DNA of 64,000 nt. It comes from Candidatus Poribacteria bacterium. Lineage in GTDB: Bacteria > Poribacteria > WGA-4E > PCPOR2b. This document shows, piece by piece, positions 1 to 10,824 of the stretch. Positions within the stretch are counted from its first letter, which is position 1, and the number at the start of each line of letters is the position of its first letter. The notes beneath the pieces are model-generated. The model was not told the origin of the DNA. It saw only the letters and a list, made by a program, of their open reading frames with translations, and did not search any database. The DNA lies in contig OZ242326.1 in the NCBI GenBank assembly GCA_965208325.1, positions 2,400,001 through 2,464,000 of the forward strand, in the 5' to 3' direction. The position numbers and the translations under genes are program-made.

Positions 1-1
1 C

Positions 2-280
2 AGTCACCATACGCAACGCGCACCGAGCCGAGAAAGTTACCCGCAGGAAATCCCGGTGACTGGAAAAAAGGGGTCGGCATTTGTTTACCACAACGGACTT
101 TGGCATCGGACCGGCGCAAACACGACGACCGATCAGCACCGCATGTTCGCAAACATATATTACATGCCCATGTCGGTACACCGCCCGGCTGCGACGTGGC
201 CCCTAGTCAAGCGTGAAATCTATGAAACTTTCCCGCCGCGTTTGCGGGAATTGTTGGTACACTCGGTCGAAGCAGTGTGA
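2..280 (+). CDS. Phytanoyl-CoA dioxygenase (PhyH) family protein, 3' part (5' end outside window)
   Basis: C-terminal 'GSAFVYHNGLWHRTGANTT..HRM' resembles the PhyH G..(L)WH...N.S...R motif; frame is open back to the window start. Confidence 0.7.
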   Translation, partial: SHHTQRAPSRESYPQEIPVTGKKGSAFVYHNGLWHRTGANTTTDQHRMFANIYYMPMSVHRPAATWPLVKREIYETFPPRLRELLVHSVEAV

Positions 281-581
281 CTCCTAGCAAGTCGGGATGG
301 TCTCCTACGACAATTCCGAAGCAACCGTGAAGCCCCGCATTTTGCCGTCTACGAAAATCTCTCCATTTTTGAAACCTTTCCAGACATTCTCCAATGGAAA
401 ACACACACCTTTCCTTCGTACGATTGCCCGCCCTATTCGAGTATTCTCCGTACTGCTTGAAGCGCATGTTCTTTAGGAGATTAGGAAAACATCCAGCATG
501 ATTTCAATCGGTTTTTAATAAGCGGTTTCGGCGAAATTAACAATGCCGTGATTGTTGCCGCCTTGCAATGGAGCGATTCTC

Positions 582-1550
582 GTGGAATATGTAAATTTTG
601 GGAAAGCCGGGGTGAAAGTCAGTCCATTGGCGCTCGGCCTCGGATTCAGGAGGCAATCGGATTCAATCGCTGCCCAAAGGGTCATTGAACATGCCATCGG
701 TTTAGGCATCAACTTCATTGACTGCGCGAACGTTTATAGCGTAGGAACAAATCAGGACGGCATAGTCCACGCGGAAACTGTGCTGGGTAAAGCCCTTCGG
801 GGAAAACGGGACGATGTCGTAATCACCACAAAGGCAGCCAGTTCAGTTGGGGCGGGACCGAATGATGCGGGGTCGTCAAGGTACCACATCATGCGTGAGG
901 TCGAACGGTCGCTCAAGCGTCTGAACACCGATCACATAGACGTCTACTTGATTCACGTTTTTGATGAATCGACGCCGCTTGAGGAAACCATTCGCGCATT
1001 GGACGATTTAGTTCGCGCCGGCAAGGTCCGCTACATCGGATGCTGCAATTACGAGGACTCGTGGCGCATCTGCAAGGCGTTATGGATTGCGGATAAAATC
1101 AATGCAACGCCGTATATGTGCATTCAGAATCAATATAGCCTGCTGAATCGCAGCCTTGAGCGCGAAATTTTCGGGCTAGTGCGTGAAGAGGGATTGGGTG
1201 TTATGGTATACAGTCCGTTGGGAGTAGGGCTTCTCAGCGGTGTAAATTCGCCGGAATCGTATCCGCTTGAAGCGCTGTGGGCGAACCGAAACCCGCGATT
1301 GGAATACGGCAGGTCAACTCAAGAGACCGCGAATGCCGTTATTTCCTCCGTAAAACAACTCGCGGGAGAGCTGGGCAAGACACCGGCGCAGTTGGGATTG
1401 GCGTGGGTGCTCTCGCACCCGGAGATTACCGCCGCCATTATCGGCTGCGACACGATGGAACAGGTTACAGAGAATGTCGGCGCGCTTGGGTGGACGCTCG
1501 ATGATTCAGTACGCGAAAAACTAGACGCGGTTTCGGCGCCGTTGACGTAA
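582..1550 (+). CDS. Aldo/keto reductase (Tas/YajO-like)
   Basis: GINFIDCANVY, SLKRLNTDHIDVYLIH, GKVRYIG, QNQYSLL and YSPLG motifs; likely GTG start at 582 with GGAG at 570-573. Confidence 0.92.
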   Translation: MEYVNFGKAGVKVSPLALGLGFRRQSDSIAAQRVIEHAIGLGINFIDCANVYSVGTNQDGIVHAETVLGKALRGKRDDVVITTKAASSVGAGPNDAGSSRYHIMREVERSLKRLNTDHIDVYLIHVFDESTPLEETIRALDDLVRAGKVRYIGCCNYEDSWRICKALWIADKINATPYMCIQNQYSLLNRSLEREIFGLVREEGLGVMVYSPLGVGLLSGVNSPESYPLEALWANRNPRLEYGRSTQETANAVISSVKQLAGELGKTPAQLGLAWVLSHPEITAAIIGCDTMEQVTENVGALGWTLDDSVREKLDAVSAPLT

Positions 1551-1606
1551 GCCAAACGAATTCACTTCAGGGAATGCCAGCCTGAACAGGAAGAAACTTA
1601 AAAGTT

Positions 1607-3925
1607 TTGAATAATGAGATGGAAACAGAGAGAGAATTTATTCAAAAGCGGTTCATAGCGGTCAGTGGGATGAGCTGCGCCGCGTGTGTGGCGCGGGTCG
1701 AGAAAGCCCTGAAATCCGTACCGGGCGTGTCAACCGCAAGCGTCAACTTCGGCACGGAACAAGCGGCGGTCGAGTATGACGAATCGGTTGTCGATTTTGA
1801 AATGCTCAAGACGGCAATTCGCGATGCGGGGTATACTGCGAAGGACGTACCCCAAACGCGGGAGGCGCAACTGGCTGCGAGAACACAAACGCATCGGCGC
1901 GAGTTGTCTCAATTAAAATGGAAGATTTTCGCGGCTGCGTTCGTTTCTGCCATCGCCATGTCGTTAATGTTCTACCATCCAACCGTCCATGCCGCGGTGC
2001 GCCTGAAACTCGTTCTCCTTTTTGTTTTAACAACACCGATTCAGTTTTGGTGCGGCTGGCAGTTCCACAAAGGGGCTTATGCGGCGTTGCGCCATTTTAC
2101 GGCGGATATGAATGTGTTAATCAGCGTTGGCACTTTTGCCGCGTATATCTATAGCGCCGCCGTGTCAGCGGCATCTCTTTTTTCACAGCAGCCGAACCCG
2201 GTGAACTACTATGAAACAGCAGCCATGATAATCACCTTGATTCTCGTCGGTAAATTCATTGAAACTAGGGCGAAAGGGCGAACTTCGGAAGCCATCACAA
2301 AGCTAATCGGGCTTCAGCCAAAGAATGCGCACGTTCTACAGGACGGACGAGAAATTGAGACAGCCATTGAAAATGTTCAGATTGGAAATCGGGTTGTAAT
2401 CCGTCCCGGTGAGAAGATTGCCGTTGATGGGGTTGTTTGCGAAGGTAAATCGAACGTTGATGAGTCAATGTTGACAGGCGAAAGTATGTTAGTTCCCAAA
2501 ACTGTTGGGGATGCTGTCATTGGCGGAACTATCAACGGGTCTGGCAGTTTAATTTTTGAGGCAACGAAGATTGGGGCTGACACCGTTTTGGCGCAGATTA
2601 TCCGGCGCGTTGAAGAAGCGCAAAACTCCAAAGCCCCTGTTCAGCGGTTAGCGGATGTAATCGCCGGGATTTTTGTTCCGATTGTCATCGGGATTGCAGT
2701 GTTTACATTTGTTATGTGGTTGGCTTTCGGCTCCGGTTTCACGATGGCGCTGCAGAATTTCATCGCAGTCATGATTATTGCGTGCCCATGTTCACTGGGT
2801 TTAGCCACGCCGACAGCAATTGTTGCCGGGATGGGGCGCGGCGCGGAGTTGGGCATCTTAATCAAAAGCGGTGAAAGCCTTGAGATGGCGCACCGCATTT
2901 CTACGGTGGTGTTCGACAAAACGGGAACCTTGACGCAGGGAACTCCAACGGTGACGGACATTATCACCTTTGAGGATTACGCGGAATCAGAACTGTTGTC
3001 AATCGCTGCTATCCTAGAGTCTAGATCGGAACACCCGCTAGCGGACGCGATCATTCGCGCCTGTAGCGATCGCGGGATACCAGTTCAACCGGTCGGTGAA
3101 GACGGATCGGCGGAGATACAACAGTTTGAAGCGGTTAGCGGTCATGGCGTTCGCGCAACTGTCGAAAATCAGGACGTTTGTTTAGGCAGCCGCCGATTCA
3201 TGGAGAAGAGCGGCATGGTGTTGCGCACGCACGATGTTGAGATTGAAGCGAAATTCTTTGAAGAAGGCAAAACCCAGATCTGGGTCGGCATTGACGGGCG
3301 AATTGTTGGACTCATGGCTATCGCGGATGCTTTAAAACCGACCTCCGCAAAAGCTGTGGACGCTTTGCACCAGTTCGGGCTTGAAACGGTTATGTTGACA
3401 GGCGACATGGAGAATGCTGCACGGGCGATTGCCCAGCGCGCTGGCATCAATGAATTTGTAGCGGAGGTTCTGCCGGAGGACAAAGCCGAACATGTGCAAG
3501 CGTTGCAAAAGGCGGGCAAGCGCGTTGCTATGGTCGGTGACGGCATCAATGACGCGCCCGCGCTAGCACAAGCCGATATCGGGATTGCAATCAGCACCGG
3601 TACGGATGTCGCCATCGAAACCGCTGATATTACGTTGCTCAAAGAAGATTTAATGGGCGTATCAACCGCGATTCAGCTCAGCCGCAAAATTTTCCGCACC
3701 ATCCAGTGGAATCTCTTCTGGGCGTTTTTCTACAATATACTTGGCATCCCAATCGCCGCCGGTGCCCTGTATCTGTTGGTAAAATCGTTGGACATTGGCA
3801 ATCCGGAACAGTTCTTGCTTAATCCGATGATTGCCGCCGCAGCGATGGCGTTTAGTTCCGTGTTCGTGGTTACGAATTCACTTCGATTAAAAAAATGGGG
3901 GCATACGGTTTTAACGCGGGGCTAA
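1607..3925 (+). CDS. copA: Cu(I)-translocating P1B-type ATPase
   Basis: N-terminal HMA GMSCAAC, TGES, CPC, DKTGT, SEHPL, GDGIND, YN and MAFSS motifs. Confidence 0.93.
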   Translation: MNNEMETEREFIQKRFIAVSGMSCAACVARVEKALKSVPGVSTASVNFGTEQAAVEYDESVVDFEMLKTAIRDAGYTAKDVPQTREAQLAARTQTHRRELSQLKWKIFAAAFVSAIAMSLMFYHPTVHAAVRLKLVLLFVLTTPIQFWCGWQFHKGAYAALRHFTADMNVLISVGTFAAYIYSAAVSAASLFSQQPNPVNYYETAAMIITLILVGKFIETRAKGRTSEAITKLIGLQPKNAHVLQDGREIETAIENVQIGNRVVIRPGEKIAVDGVVCEGKSNVDESMLTGESMLVPKTVGDAVIGGTINGSGSLIFEATKIGADTVLAQIIRRVEEAQNSKAPVQRLADVIAGIFVPIVIGIAVFTFVMWLAFGSGFTMALQNFIAVMIIACPCSLGLATPTAIVAGMGRGAELGILIKSGESLEMAHRISTVVFDKTGTLTQGTPTVTDIITFEDYAESELLSIAAILESRSEHPLADAIIRACSDRGIPVQPVGEDGSAEIQQFEAVSGHGVRATVENQDVCLGSRRFMEKSGMVLRTHDVEIEAKFFEEGKTQIWVGIDGRIVGLMAIADALKPTSAKAVDALHQFGLETVMLTGDMENAARAIAQRAGINEFVAEVLPEDKAEHVQALQKAGKRVAMVGDGINDAPALAQADIGIAISTGTDVAIETADITLLKEDLMGVSTAIQLSRKIFRTIQWNLFWAFFYNILGIPIAAGALYLLVKSLDIGNPEQFLLNPMIAAAAMAFSSVFVVTNSLRLKKWGHTVLTRG

Positions 3926-4083
3926 GAAGTGATACCGGAGTCTTTCAATCCCTCGGTCAATGAAAGAAACTAGATCAAGGTTGCCGAACTGATAAAGATA
4001 ATTCCAACCTAAAGTGGTAAGTGCATGCGGTTTGCGGCGGCATGGGTTGTTTGATTCCCCATGTCTCTCCACATCTAGCGAGA

Positions 4084-4112
4084 TTGACAGGCGGTCTCAA
4101 TCGTGATATAAT
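4084..4112 (+). promoter_or_regulatory. Sigma70 consensus promoter
   Basis: TTGACA (4084-4089), 17-nt spacer, TATAAT (4107-4112) upstream of the 4198 gene. Confidence 0.8.
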
Positions 4113-4197
4113 GCGTTTCATCAATGCACGAAGGTTCTTCGATTAACTCGCGGGAATTCATCCTCAGAAATTTGGAAAATTGTAAGGAGACTAAGAA

Positions 4198-5199
4198 ATG
4201 GCAAGACCTGTAACACTGATTACTGGGCAGTGGGCAGATTTACCACTTGAGGATTTGGCGAAAAAAACCAGTCAATGGGGATATGACGGCTTAGAGTTGG
4301 GATGCTGGGGAGATCACTTTGACGTGCAAAAAGCACTTGAGGACGACAGCTATTGTCAGGGGCGGCACGATCTCTTAGCAAGGTACGGACTCAAGGTCTG
4401 GGCAATTAGTAATCATCTGGTCGGACAGGCGGTGTGCGACAATATTGATAGCCGTCACGAGGCGGTCCTTCCGCCCTACGTTTGGGGAGACGGGGATCCA
4501 GAAGGCGTTCGCCAGCGGGCGGCAGAAGAAATGAAAAACACTGCGCGTGCAGCCGCTAAACTCGGCGTGAGTGTCGTTAACGGGTTTACCGGCAGCAGCA
4601 TTTGGCATCTGCTCTACTCTTTCCCGCCCAACAAGCCCGAGATGATTGACGGGGGGTTTCAGGACTTCGCTGACCGCTGGAATCCAATTTTCGACGTATT
4701 CGATGAAGTTGGCGTTAAGTTCGGCTTAGAAGTGCACCCAACCGAAATTGCTTTTGATATCGTTACCACAGAACGCGCCATGGATGCCGTCAACAGACGC
4801 GAGGCGTTCGGACTTAACTACGATCCGAGCCATCTTGGCTATCAGGGTGTTGACTACATCGACTTCATAGACCGATTCGCAGACCGCATCTACCATGTGC
4901 ACATGAAGGATGTCTGGTGGTCGTCAACGCCGTGTCCCTCAGGCGTGTTTGGCGGACATCTGGACTTCGGTGACGCACGGCGCTACTGGGATTTTCGGTC
5001 AATCGGACATGGCAAAATAGAATTCGGAGAAATTATTCGCGCACTTAATCGCATCGAGTATGATGGACCTCTTTCGATTGAATGGGAAGACAGCGGAATG
5101 AATCGCGAGCGCGGTGCGGAAGAATCGTGCGCAAGAATCAAGGCTATCGATTTTGAACTTCCGGCGGCGGCATTCGATGCAGTGTTTGGAGAAGAGTAA
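4198..5199 (+). CDS. Sugar phosphate isomerase/epimerase (IolE / xylose-isomerase-like TIM barrel)
   Basis: [46 protein letters not shown]. Confidence 0.88.
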   Translation: MARPVTLITGQWADLPLEDLAKKTSQWGYDGLELGCWGDHFDVQKALEDDSYCQGRHDLLARYGLKVWAISNHLVGQAVCDNIDSRHEAVLPPYVWGDGDPEGVRQRAAEEMKNTARAAAKLGVSVVNGFTGSSIWHLLYSFPPNKPEMIDGGFQDFADRWNPIFDVFDEVGVKFGLEVHPTEIAFDIVTTERAMDAVNRREAFGLNYDPSHLGYQGVDYIDFIDRFADRIYHVHMKDVWWSSTPCPSGVFGGHLDFGDARRYWDFRSIGHGKIEFGEIIRALNRIEYDGPLSIEWEDSGMNRERGAEESCARIKAIDFELPAAAFDAVFGEE

Positions 5200-5274
5200 A
5201 TTCTTGGAATAAGGAGATATTTTACTTTTCAATGAACCGCGCCGCAACTGCAGCTCAAAGAAAGGAAATTAATC

Positions 5275-6279
5275 GTGTCCTCCAGGTATAGGGTTATAAT
5301 TACCGATTACGGTTGGCCCTCTGTCGAGCTGGAGCGTCAAGTCCTCGCAGAAATCGGAGCGGAACTGATTGTCGCCGAGACCGGCGCGGAGGATGAGCTC
5401 GTCGCCCTTGCACCCCAGGCTGATGGTATTCTCACCAATTGGAAACCGACGACCGGCAACGTCATTCAAGCCGCCAGCGAATGCAAGGTGATTGGACGGA
5501 TGGGTATCGGCGTCGATAACATTGATGTAGAGACCGCAACGGCGTTGGGCATCGTTGTAACCAACGTCCCGGATTTCTGCGTTGATGAGGTCTCCGATCA
5601 CGCAATGGCGCTGTTGTTGGCGTGTGCTCGGAAGGTTGCGTTGTTGGATCGGGGTGTGAGAGATGGTGAGTGGGACCGCGACGCGGGACCATCAATGCGC
5701 CGAATGCGCGGCCAAACATTGGGTATCATCGGGCTCGGAAAAATTGGCGCGGCGATACCCCCGAAAGCAAAAGCCTTTGGACTAGAAGTCTTGGCATATA
5801 CGCCGCGGTTGACACCGCAGATAGCTCAAAAGTACGGCGTGGAGTGCACTGACCTTCAAGAGTTGATTGCACGTTCAGATTTCATCACTATCCACGCACC
5901 GCTGACGCCCGAAACGGAAGGACTGATTGGAGAGAAGGAACTTCGCAAAATGAAGACGACTGCGTATATCATCAACACGTCTCGGGGTGATATCATCGAC
6001 TCAACTGCACTTCACAAAGCGTTGACTGAAGGGTGGATAGCCGGCGCTGCGCTGGATGTACTTCCTCAGGAACCCCCCGCCGACGATTATCCCCTTCTCG
6101 GCTTGGACAATGTCGTTATCACCCCGCATGCCGCGTTCATGTCGGAGGAGTCCATCTACGATCTTGAGGTTAAAGCGGCGACAGCGGTCGCACAGGTTTT
6201 AACCGGGCAGATGCCAGAATCGATCGTGAACCCACAAGTCCTAGAAAACCCCGTGCTGCGAGCTAAACAACTGCGATGA
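5275..6279 (+). CDS. D-isomer-specific 2-hydroxyacid dehydrogenase (CtBP/SerA-like)
   Basis: GIGVDNID, GIIGLGKIG, INTSRG, AGAALDV...EP, ITPH. Confidence 0.92.
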   Translation: MSSRYRVIITDYGWPSVELERQVLAEIGAELIVAETGAEDELVALAPQADGILTNWKPTTGNVIQAASECKVIGRMGIGVDNIDVETATALGIVVTNVPDFCVDEVSDHAMALLLACARKVALLDRGVRDGEWDRDAGPSMRRMRGQTLGIIGLGKIGAAIPPKAKAFGLEVLAYTPRLTPQIAQKYGVECTDLQELIARSDFITIHAPLTPETEGLIGEKELRKMKTTAYIINTSRGDIIDSTALHKALTEGWIAGAALDVLPQEPPADDYPLLGLDNVVITPHAAFMSEESIYDLEVKAATAVAQVLTGQMPESIVNPQVLENPVLRAKQLR

Positions 6280-6310
6280 ACCTAAAATTCTCATTATAAA
6301 GTGCCATGCA

Positions 6311-7477
6311 TTGAGGAGGACTTTGAATCGGATACGGATTCTCTATGTTATCGATTCAATGGGAAGGGGCGGCGCTGAAACGCAGTTGCTCAGGACTCTA
6401 TCTCGGTTGAACCGGGATAGTTTTGAAGCCTTTGTCGTATTGAGCCGGGAGGAGGGAAACTGGCTAGACCGCTTGGAAAAGCTCCCGATTGTCGAGAGAA
6501 TTACCGTCCTGCGAAACGGGAGGAGGCGTTCTATATCGGCTTTAATCGCAAGGGTCTTCAAACTCGCGGCGATCGCGAAATTAGTTCAGCCATCAATCAT
6601 TCACAGTTGGCTCTGGTATTCCAATTTCCTCTGCGGGCTAGCACGTCAGTTCGCCGTATTTCCTGACATCCCATTCATTGTTTCACAGCGCGGCGACTAC
6701 CATGCGAGATACGGGCGGTTGCGGCTCTGGTTGACGGAACGAATCATCTACCATCAAGCGGACGTTATTCTGACCAATGCGGTTCGCCTACGGGACAATC
6801 TTCGAGCGCGTTATCCTGAAAAGCGAATCCTGGCAATTCCGAATATTATCCGTTCACCGAATTCATCGTCTCAATCGGAAAGTAGACTTGGGAACTCGCC
6901 TCAAGCTGATCTGCCGAAACAACACATCGTGAGCGTAGGCAGATTAGTCCCTGAAAAAGGTTACCGGTACCTAATCCAAGCATTAAATCTGCTCAGCACC
7001 AAGTACCAATTCCCGAAATTCTCTGCGACAATCCTTGGAGAGGGCGAATCAAAAGATGAATTAAGCCGCATGGTTGATAGGCATCATCTTTCGGATCGCA
7101 TGCACTTAACCGGATTCTGTGAGGATATCTTTCCGATTTTATCTAGCGCCAATCTTTTCGTTCTGCCGTCGCTGCATGAAAGCGCGCCAAACGCACTCAT
7201 TGAGGCAATGGAGATGGGGCTGCCCTGCATCGCTTCTGACGTGGGGGGCGTTTCCGACTTAATCGAAGACGGAAAGAGCGGGTTGCTGGTTCCAGCCGCG
7301 GATTCCGAGGCGTTAGCACGGGCAATCTACCGTGCGTTGACAGACGCAACGCTCGCCGACGCCATGGGCGAACAAGCGCGGGCGAAGATTCACCGGCTGT
7401 TCAATAATGAAAAATCTATCCGGCAATTGGAAGCCGTTTATCGAGAAGTTCTTAATCACCCCAGTCCGGGCAAATGA
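6311..7477 (+). CDS. Glycosyltransferase family 4 (GT-B)
   Basis: GGAETQ, VGRLVPEKG, FVLPSLHE...ALIEAM..GLPCIASDVGG. Confidence 0.9.
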   Translation: MRRTLNRIRILYVIDSMGRGGAETQLLRTLSRLNRDSFEAFVVLSREEGNWLDRLEKLPIVERITVLRNGRRRSISALIARVFKLAAIAKLVQPSIIHSWLWYSNFLCGLARQFAVFPDIPFIVSQRGDYHARYGRLRLWLTERIIYHQADVILTNAVRLRDNLRARYPEKRILAIPNIIRSPNSSSQSESRLGNSPQADLPKQHIVSVGRLVPEKGYRYLIQALNLLSTKYQFPKFSATILGEGESKDELSRMVDRHHLSDRMHLTGFCEDIFPILSSANLFVLPSLHESAPNALIEAMEMGLPCIASDVGGVSDLIEDGKSGLLVPAADSEALARAIYRALTDATLADAMGEQARAKIHRLFNNEKSIRQLEAVYREVLNHPSPGK

Positions 7478-8880
7478 ACCGTCCCAAAACTCGCTTCGCG
7501 TTCAAAGATCTCATCTCTCGCTTCCAAATCTCCGCGCCCCATCAATCTATCCTCAAAAACCTCCTAATTGTGACGCCGGTAAGCCTGATGAGCCGCGGCG
7601 GCACGCTGCTGATATACGCTGTTCTGGCTAACTGGTTCGGCGTGAATCCGGAGATGGATTTTCTATACTACTATTGGGGGATTGCAGTCTTTCTTGTCCA
7701 AATCTTGAGTTCAGCTTCCGCATATTCAATACTGATTCCATTGGTGGCGGAGGAACGCACAAAAAGTCAAGCCGACGCAAACGCGTGTCTGCGGGCAATC
7801 TTTTCGGTCTATCTGATCGGCATGCCCTGCATCTGCTGCGTATTATTCACCATTTGCTATATCGTTTCGAGCCTCTTCCTACTGCGCCCGGACATCTCCA
7901 ATATCATCGTCATTGGTATAGTGTGCGGATTTGCAGTTTTCACAATCTCGGCTTCGATTCGGTGGCTGTTGAAAGGCGTCTTGGATGCGTATCAGCGTTT
8001 TAGTTTGCCCGCAATTGTTCAGGCGTTCGCTGTACCTGCCGTCATCGGGTTAACCTACGCACTTAAACCGTCGATTGGTTTGAGTAGCATTGTCTTCGCG
8101 CTCATTATCAGCGAACTATTACAAACAATTACGTTGTTCATTGTGTGCCGGTCTTCGCTTAAAATTAAAGGGTTGTTTAACCTTGTCCACGCGCAGCGCC
8201 ACTGGCGGGCGTACTCGAAAACGAAACGGTTTGTCAAGCAGTTTTTTCTGATGATGGGCACTGCGATTTCCGCCGGCGCCAATCCTGTCGTCGATCGAGG
8301 CATGTCAAGTTCCTTAGGCGCGGGTGCTGTGTCCAAGTTGGATTATTCATTCAGACTTTGTACGATTCCTGAAACCGTGACAGGCGTTATCATGCCCGTG
8401 CTGCTGTCCCACTGGTCTGCAATCTCTGCCGACGCCAACATTCAGTTCCTGCGGCAGAGCGTCTGGAAAGGGGTGCTCGCAATTGTCGGCGTAATGGGGC
8501 CGATAATCTATGGGTTTTACTTTTTCCGTGTCGCCATCGTAGATTTACTTTACGGGCACGGTGCAATGTCTGAACCCGAACGGCTCCATGTTGCGTCCTT
8601 GCTCGGGATTTACCTGATTGGGACGCTGCCCCGCTTAATCAGTCGGCTGCTAATCCGCGCCCACCTTTCCCTTCAAAACGTGACGTTCGTCTTCTCGGCA
8701 ACGCTGCTCCGAACAGCCTTCAACCCAATTTTGAACCTTATTTTCATGAAGCGCTGGGGCTTGGAAGGCATTGCGCTGTCCACAACGCTGCTATCTTTTC
8801 CCTCAATGGTATACATCGGGATTGCGTTCCTGATTGTCAGCCGCCGGCGAATGAATAGCATGAAGATAGATGAAGGCTGA
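7474..8880 (+). CDS. MurJ/MviN-like (MOP superfamily) flippase
   Basis: Many hydrophobic segments, 'LMSRGG...LANWFG', 'VDRGMSSSLGAGAVSKLDYSFRL', 'LLYGHGAM', 'WGLEGIALSTT'; ATGA overlap with the GT4 gene. Confidence 0.75.
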   Translation: MNRPKTRFAFKDLISRFQISAPHQSILKNLLIVTPVSLMSRGGTLLIYAVLANWFGVNPEMDFLYYYWGIAVFLVQILSSASAYSILIPLVAEERTKSQADANACLRAIFSVYLIGMPCICCVLFTICYIVSSLFLLRPDISNIIVIGIVCGFAVFTISASIRWLLKGVLDAYQRFSLPAIVQAFAVPAVIGLTYALKPSIGLSSIVFALIISELLQTITLFIVCRSSLKIKGLFNLVHAQRHWRAYSKTKRFVKQFFLMMGTAISAGANPVVDRGMSSSLGAGAVSKLDYSFRLCTIPETVTGVIMPVLLSHWSAISADANIQFLRQSVWKGVLAIVGVMGPIIYGFYFFRVAIVDLLYGHGAMSEPERLHVASLLGIYLIGTLPRLISRLLIRAHLSLQNVTFVFSATLLRTAFNPILNLIFMKRWGLEGIALSTTLLSFPSMVYIGIAFLIVSRRRMNSMKIDEG

Positions 8881-8983
8881 GTTCATGCTGACACAGCGCA
8901 ATCTATGTCGGCACTGCGTTAACCCATGAGTTTTAAACAATTTGCCTGAAATTAAAAAGACATCAGAATAACAAGGAGAAAAT

Positions 8984-10237
8984 ATGAATGTAGAAGCACT
9001 AAAAGGAAAAACCGTTGGCGCCGCTGTTTCCGGCGGACTTGATAGCTGCACCATCACACGATGGTTAGTCGATAACGGCGTCAATGTCGTATGCTTCACG
9101 GCTGACCTCGGACAACCTGACGAGGAGAATGTAGAGGAAATATGTGAGCGGATGTTGGCGTGCGGCGCCCAAGACGCAGTTATCGTTGATGCCAAAGATT
9201 CCCTAGCAATGGCGGGCATCAAGGTGATTCAATCCCAAGCTAAATATGAAGGCGGTTACTGGAATACGACCGGCATCGCGCGGCATGTAACCGTCGAAGC
9301 GCTGCTTCCGGAGATGGAGAAGCGCGGCATTAACATCTTGAGTCACGGCTGCACGGGCCGCGGTAACGATCAGGTACGTTTTCAACTCGCTGCCAATATG
9401 CTTAATCCCGAATTATCCGTATACGCCCCATGGCGGGATGCGATTTTTCTGGAGCGGTTTGGCGGAAGAAAAGAGATGATCGATTATTGCAGCGAACACG
9501 GCCTGCCGATTCGGGCAACCCATGAAAAACCTTACTCGACCGACGCCAATCTGTTGGGCTTAACACACGAAGCCGGCAAATTGGAATCCCTCAAAACCCC
9601 CGCTGGATTTATCACGCCCGGAATGGGTGTGCACCCGACGGATGCTCCTGATGAAGTTGAGTATTTCACCGCCGCGTTTTCCAACGGGATCCCCGTTGAA
9701 GTCAATGGAAGTCCAGCCAGTCCGCTTAGTGCCCTTATTGAAGCCAATCGAATTGGCGGGCGTAACGGTGTTGGTATCGGCATCCACACAGTCGAAAACC
9801 GATTTGTTGGCATTAAGAGCCGCGGCGTTTACGAATCGCCTGGGATGGAACTGTTAGGCAAATGTTACGAATACCTGCTTCAACTCATCTTGGATCGGCG
9901 GGCAACACGTGTTTTCGAGCAGGTTTCCGCAGTGGTCGCCGAACAAATCTATCAGGGCTACTGGTTTGACCCTGCGACCCAATCGCAGCTAGCGTCAATT
10001 GCCCCTTTTACGCGCCTAGCGCAAGGGGTAGTTACCGTCGCGCTGTATAAAGGCTCTGTCGCCTTCCATGCCGCAGGTGAGGCGCCCCACTCGCTTTATT
10101 CCGAGGAAACTGCTTCAATGGAAGACGTTGGGAATTTCAACCACGCCGATTCCGAAGGGTTCGTATCGGTTTTGGGTGTCGGTGCGCGGGCGCTGGCTGC
10201 CGCGGGGCAGACGACGACGGAACGGTCACGCGATTGA
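8984..10237 (+). CDS. argG: Argininosuccinate synthase
   Basis: SGGLDS, ADLGQ, HGCTGRGNDQVRF, YSTDANL, ENRFVGIKSRGVYESPG. Confidence 0.95.
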   Translation: MNVEALKGKTVGAAVSGGLDSCTITRWLVDNGVNVVCFTADLGQPDEENVEEICERMLACGAQDAVIVDAKDSLAMAGIKVIQSQAKYEGGYWNTTGIARHVTVEALLPEMEKRGINILSHGCTGRGNDQVRFQLAANMLNPELSVYAPWRDAIFLERFGGRKEMIDYCSEHGLPIRATHEKPYSTDANLLGLTHEAGKLESLKTPAGFITPGMGVHPTDAPDEVEYFTAAFSNGIPVEVNGSPASPLSALIEANRIGGRNGVGIGIHTVENRFVGIKSRGVYESPGMELLGKCYEYLLQLILDRRATRVFEQVSAVVAEQIYQGYWFDPATQSQLASIAPFTRLAQGVVTVALYKGSVAFHAAGEAPHSLYSEETASMEDVGNFNHADSEGFVSVLGVGARALAAAGQTTTERSRD

Positions 10238-10672
10238 TTGAAACCGTAGGCAAATTTCGGCAATCGGCGGTAGGTACAATGGATTTATGTACGAGTATAA
10301 CAGCTTAGTCCAACTATGTTTTTATTACAGAATATAGTGCTTCACACATGCACTAAATGTAGTCCCAGCTTGGCTTTCCACCTATCCCCGCTATTAGACA
10401 CCCAACTCGTTTAATCTCATTTTTATGGTTCAGAGTTTATGCAGTTTTGGCAGCGTAAGCCTCAATCAGTGAAATCGCCTGATGACCTAACTTGGCATTA
10501 TGCAAGCGGCCAAATCACGAAAATGTCCCAAACGACCGGGTTCTGCGTCAGATAAATCCTGCGCAAACATTGACTTTGGGACGTCAGGTTTTAGCCATTG
10601 ATTCGGTTGGGTGTCCACACACAATTTCAGACGTCAAAAATCTGCGGTTTTTCTTTGAATGTAACCAGCAAT

Positions 10673-10789
10673 GACTTCCTCAGAGTTGGGAGATTAACAC
10701 ATTCTTGCAAGACCGCAAGTCTAGTTTTCACTACCGGCTCGTTCTGTTGATAGAAGAACCCCAATGCTTTCGCTTTGGGAGTATGTCAA
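10673..10789 (+). mobile_element. Orphan IS200/IS605-family right end / TnpB omega-RNA-like scaffold
   Basis: ...GCAAGACC...GGCTCGTTCTGTTGATAGAAGAACCCCAATGCTTTCGCTTTGGGAGTATGTCAA resembles the typical IS605 right-end hairpin ending in TCAA; no tnpA/tnpB ORF adjacent. Confidence 0.6.
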
Positions 10790-10824
10790 TCCCTATCTAG
10801 CAAGACTCCGAAGGAGGCTAACTG

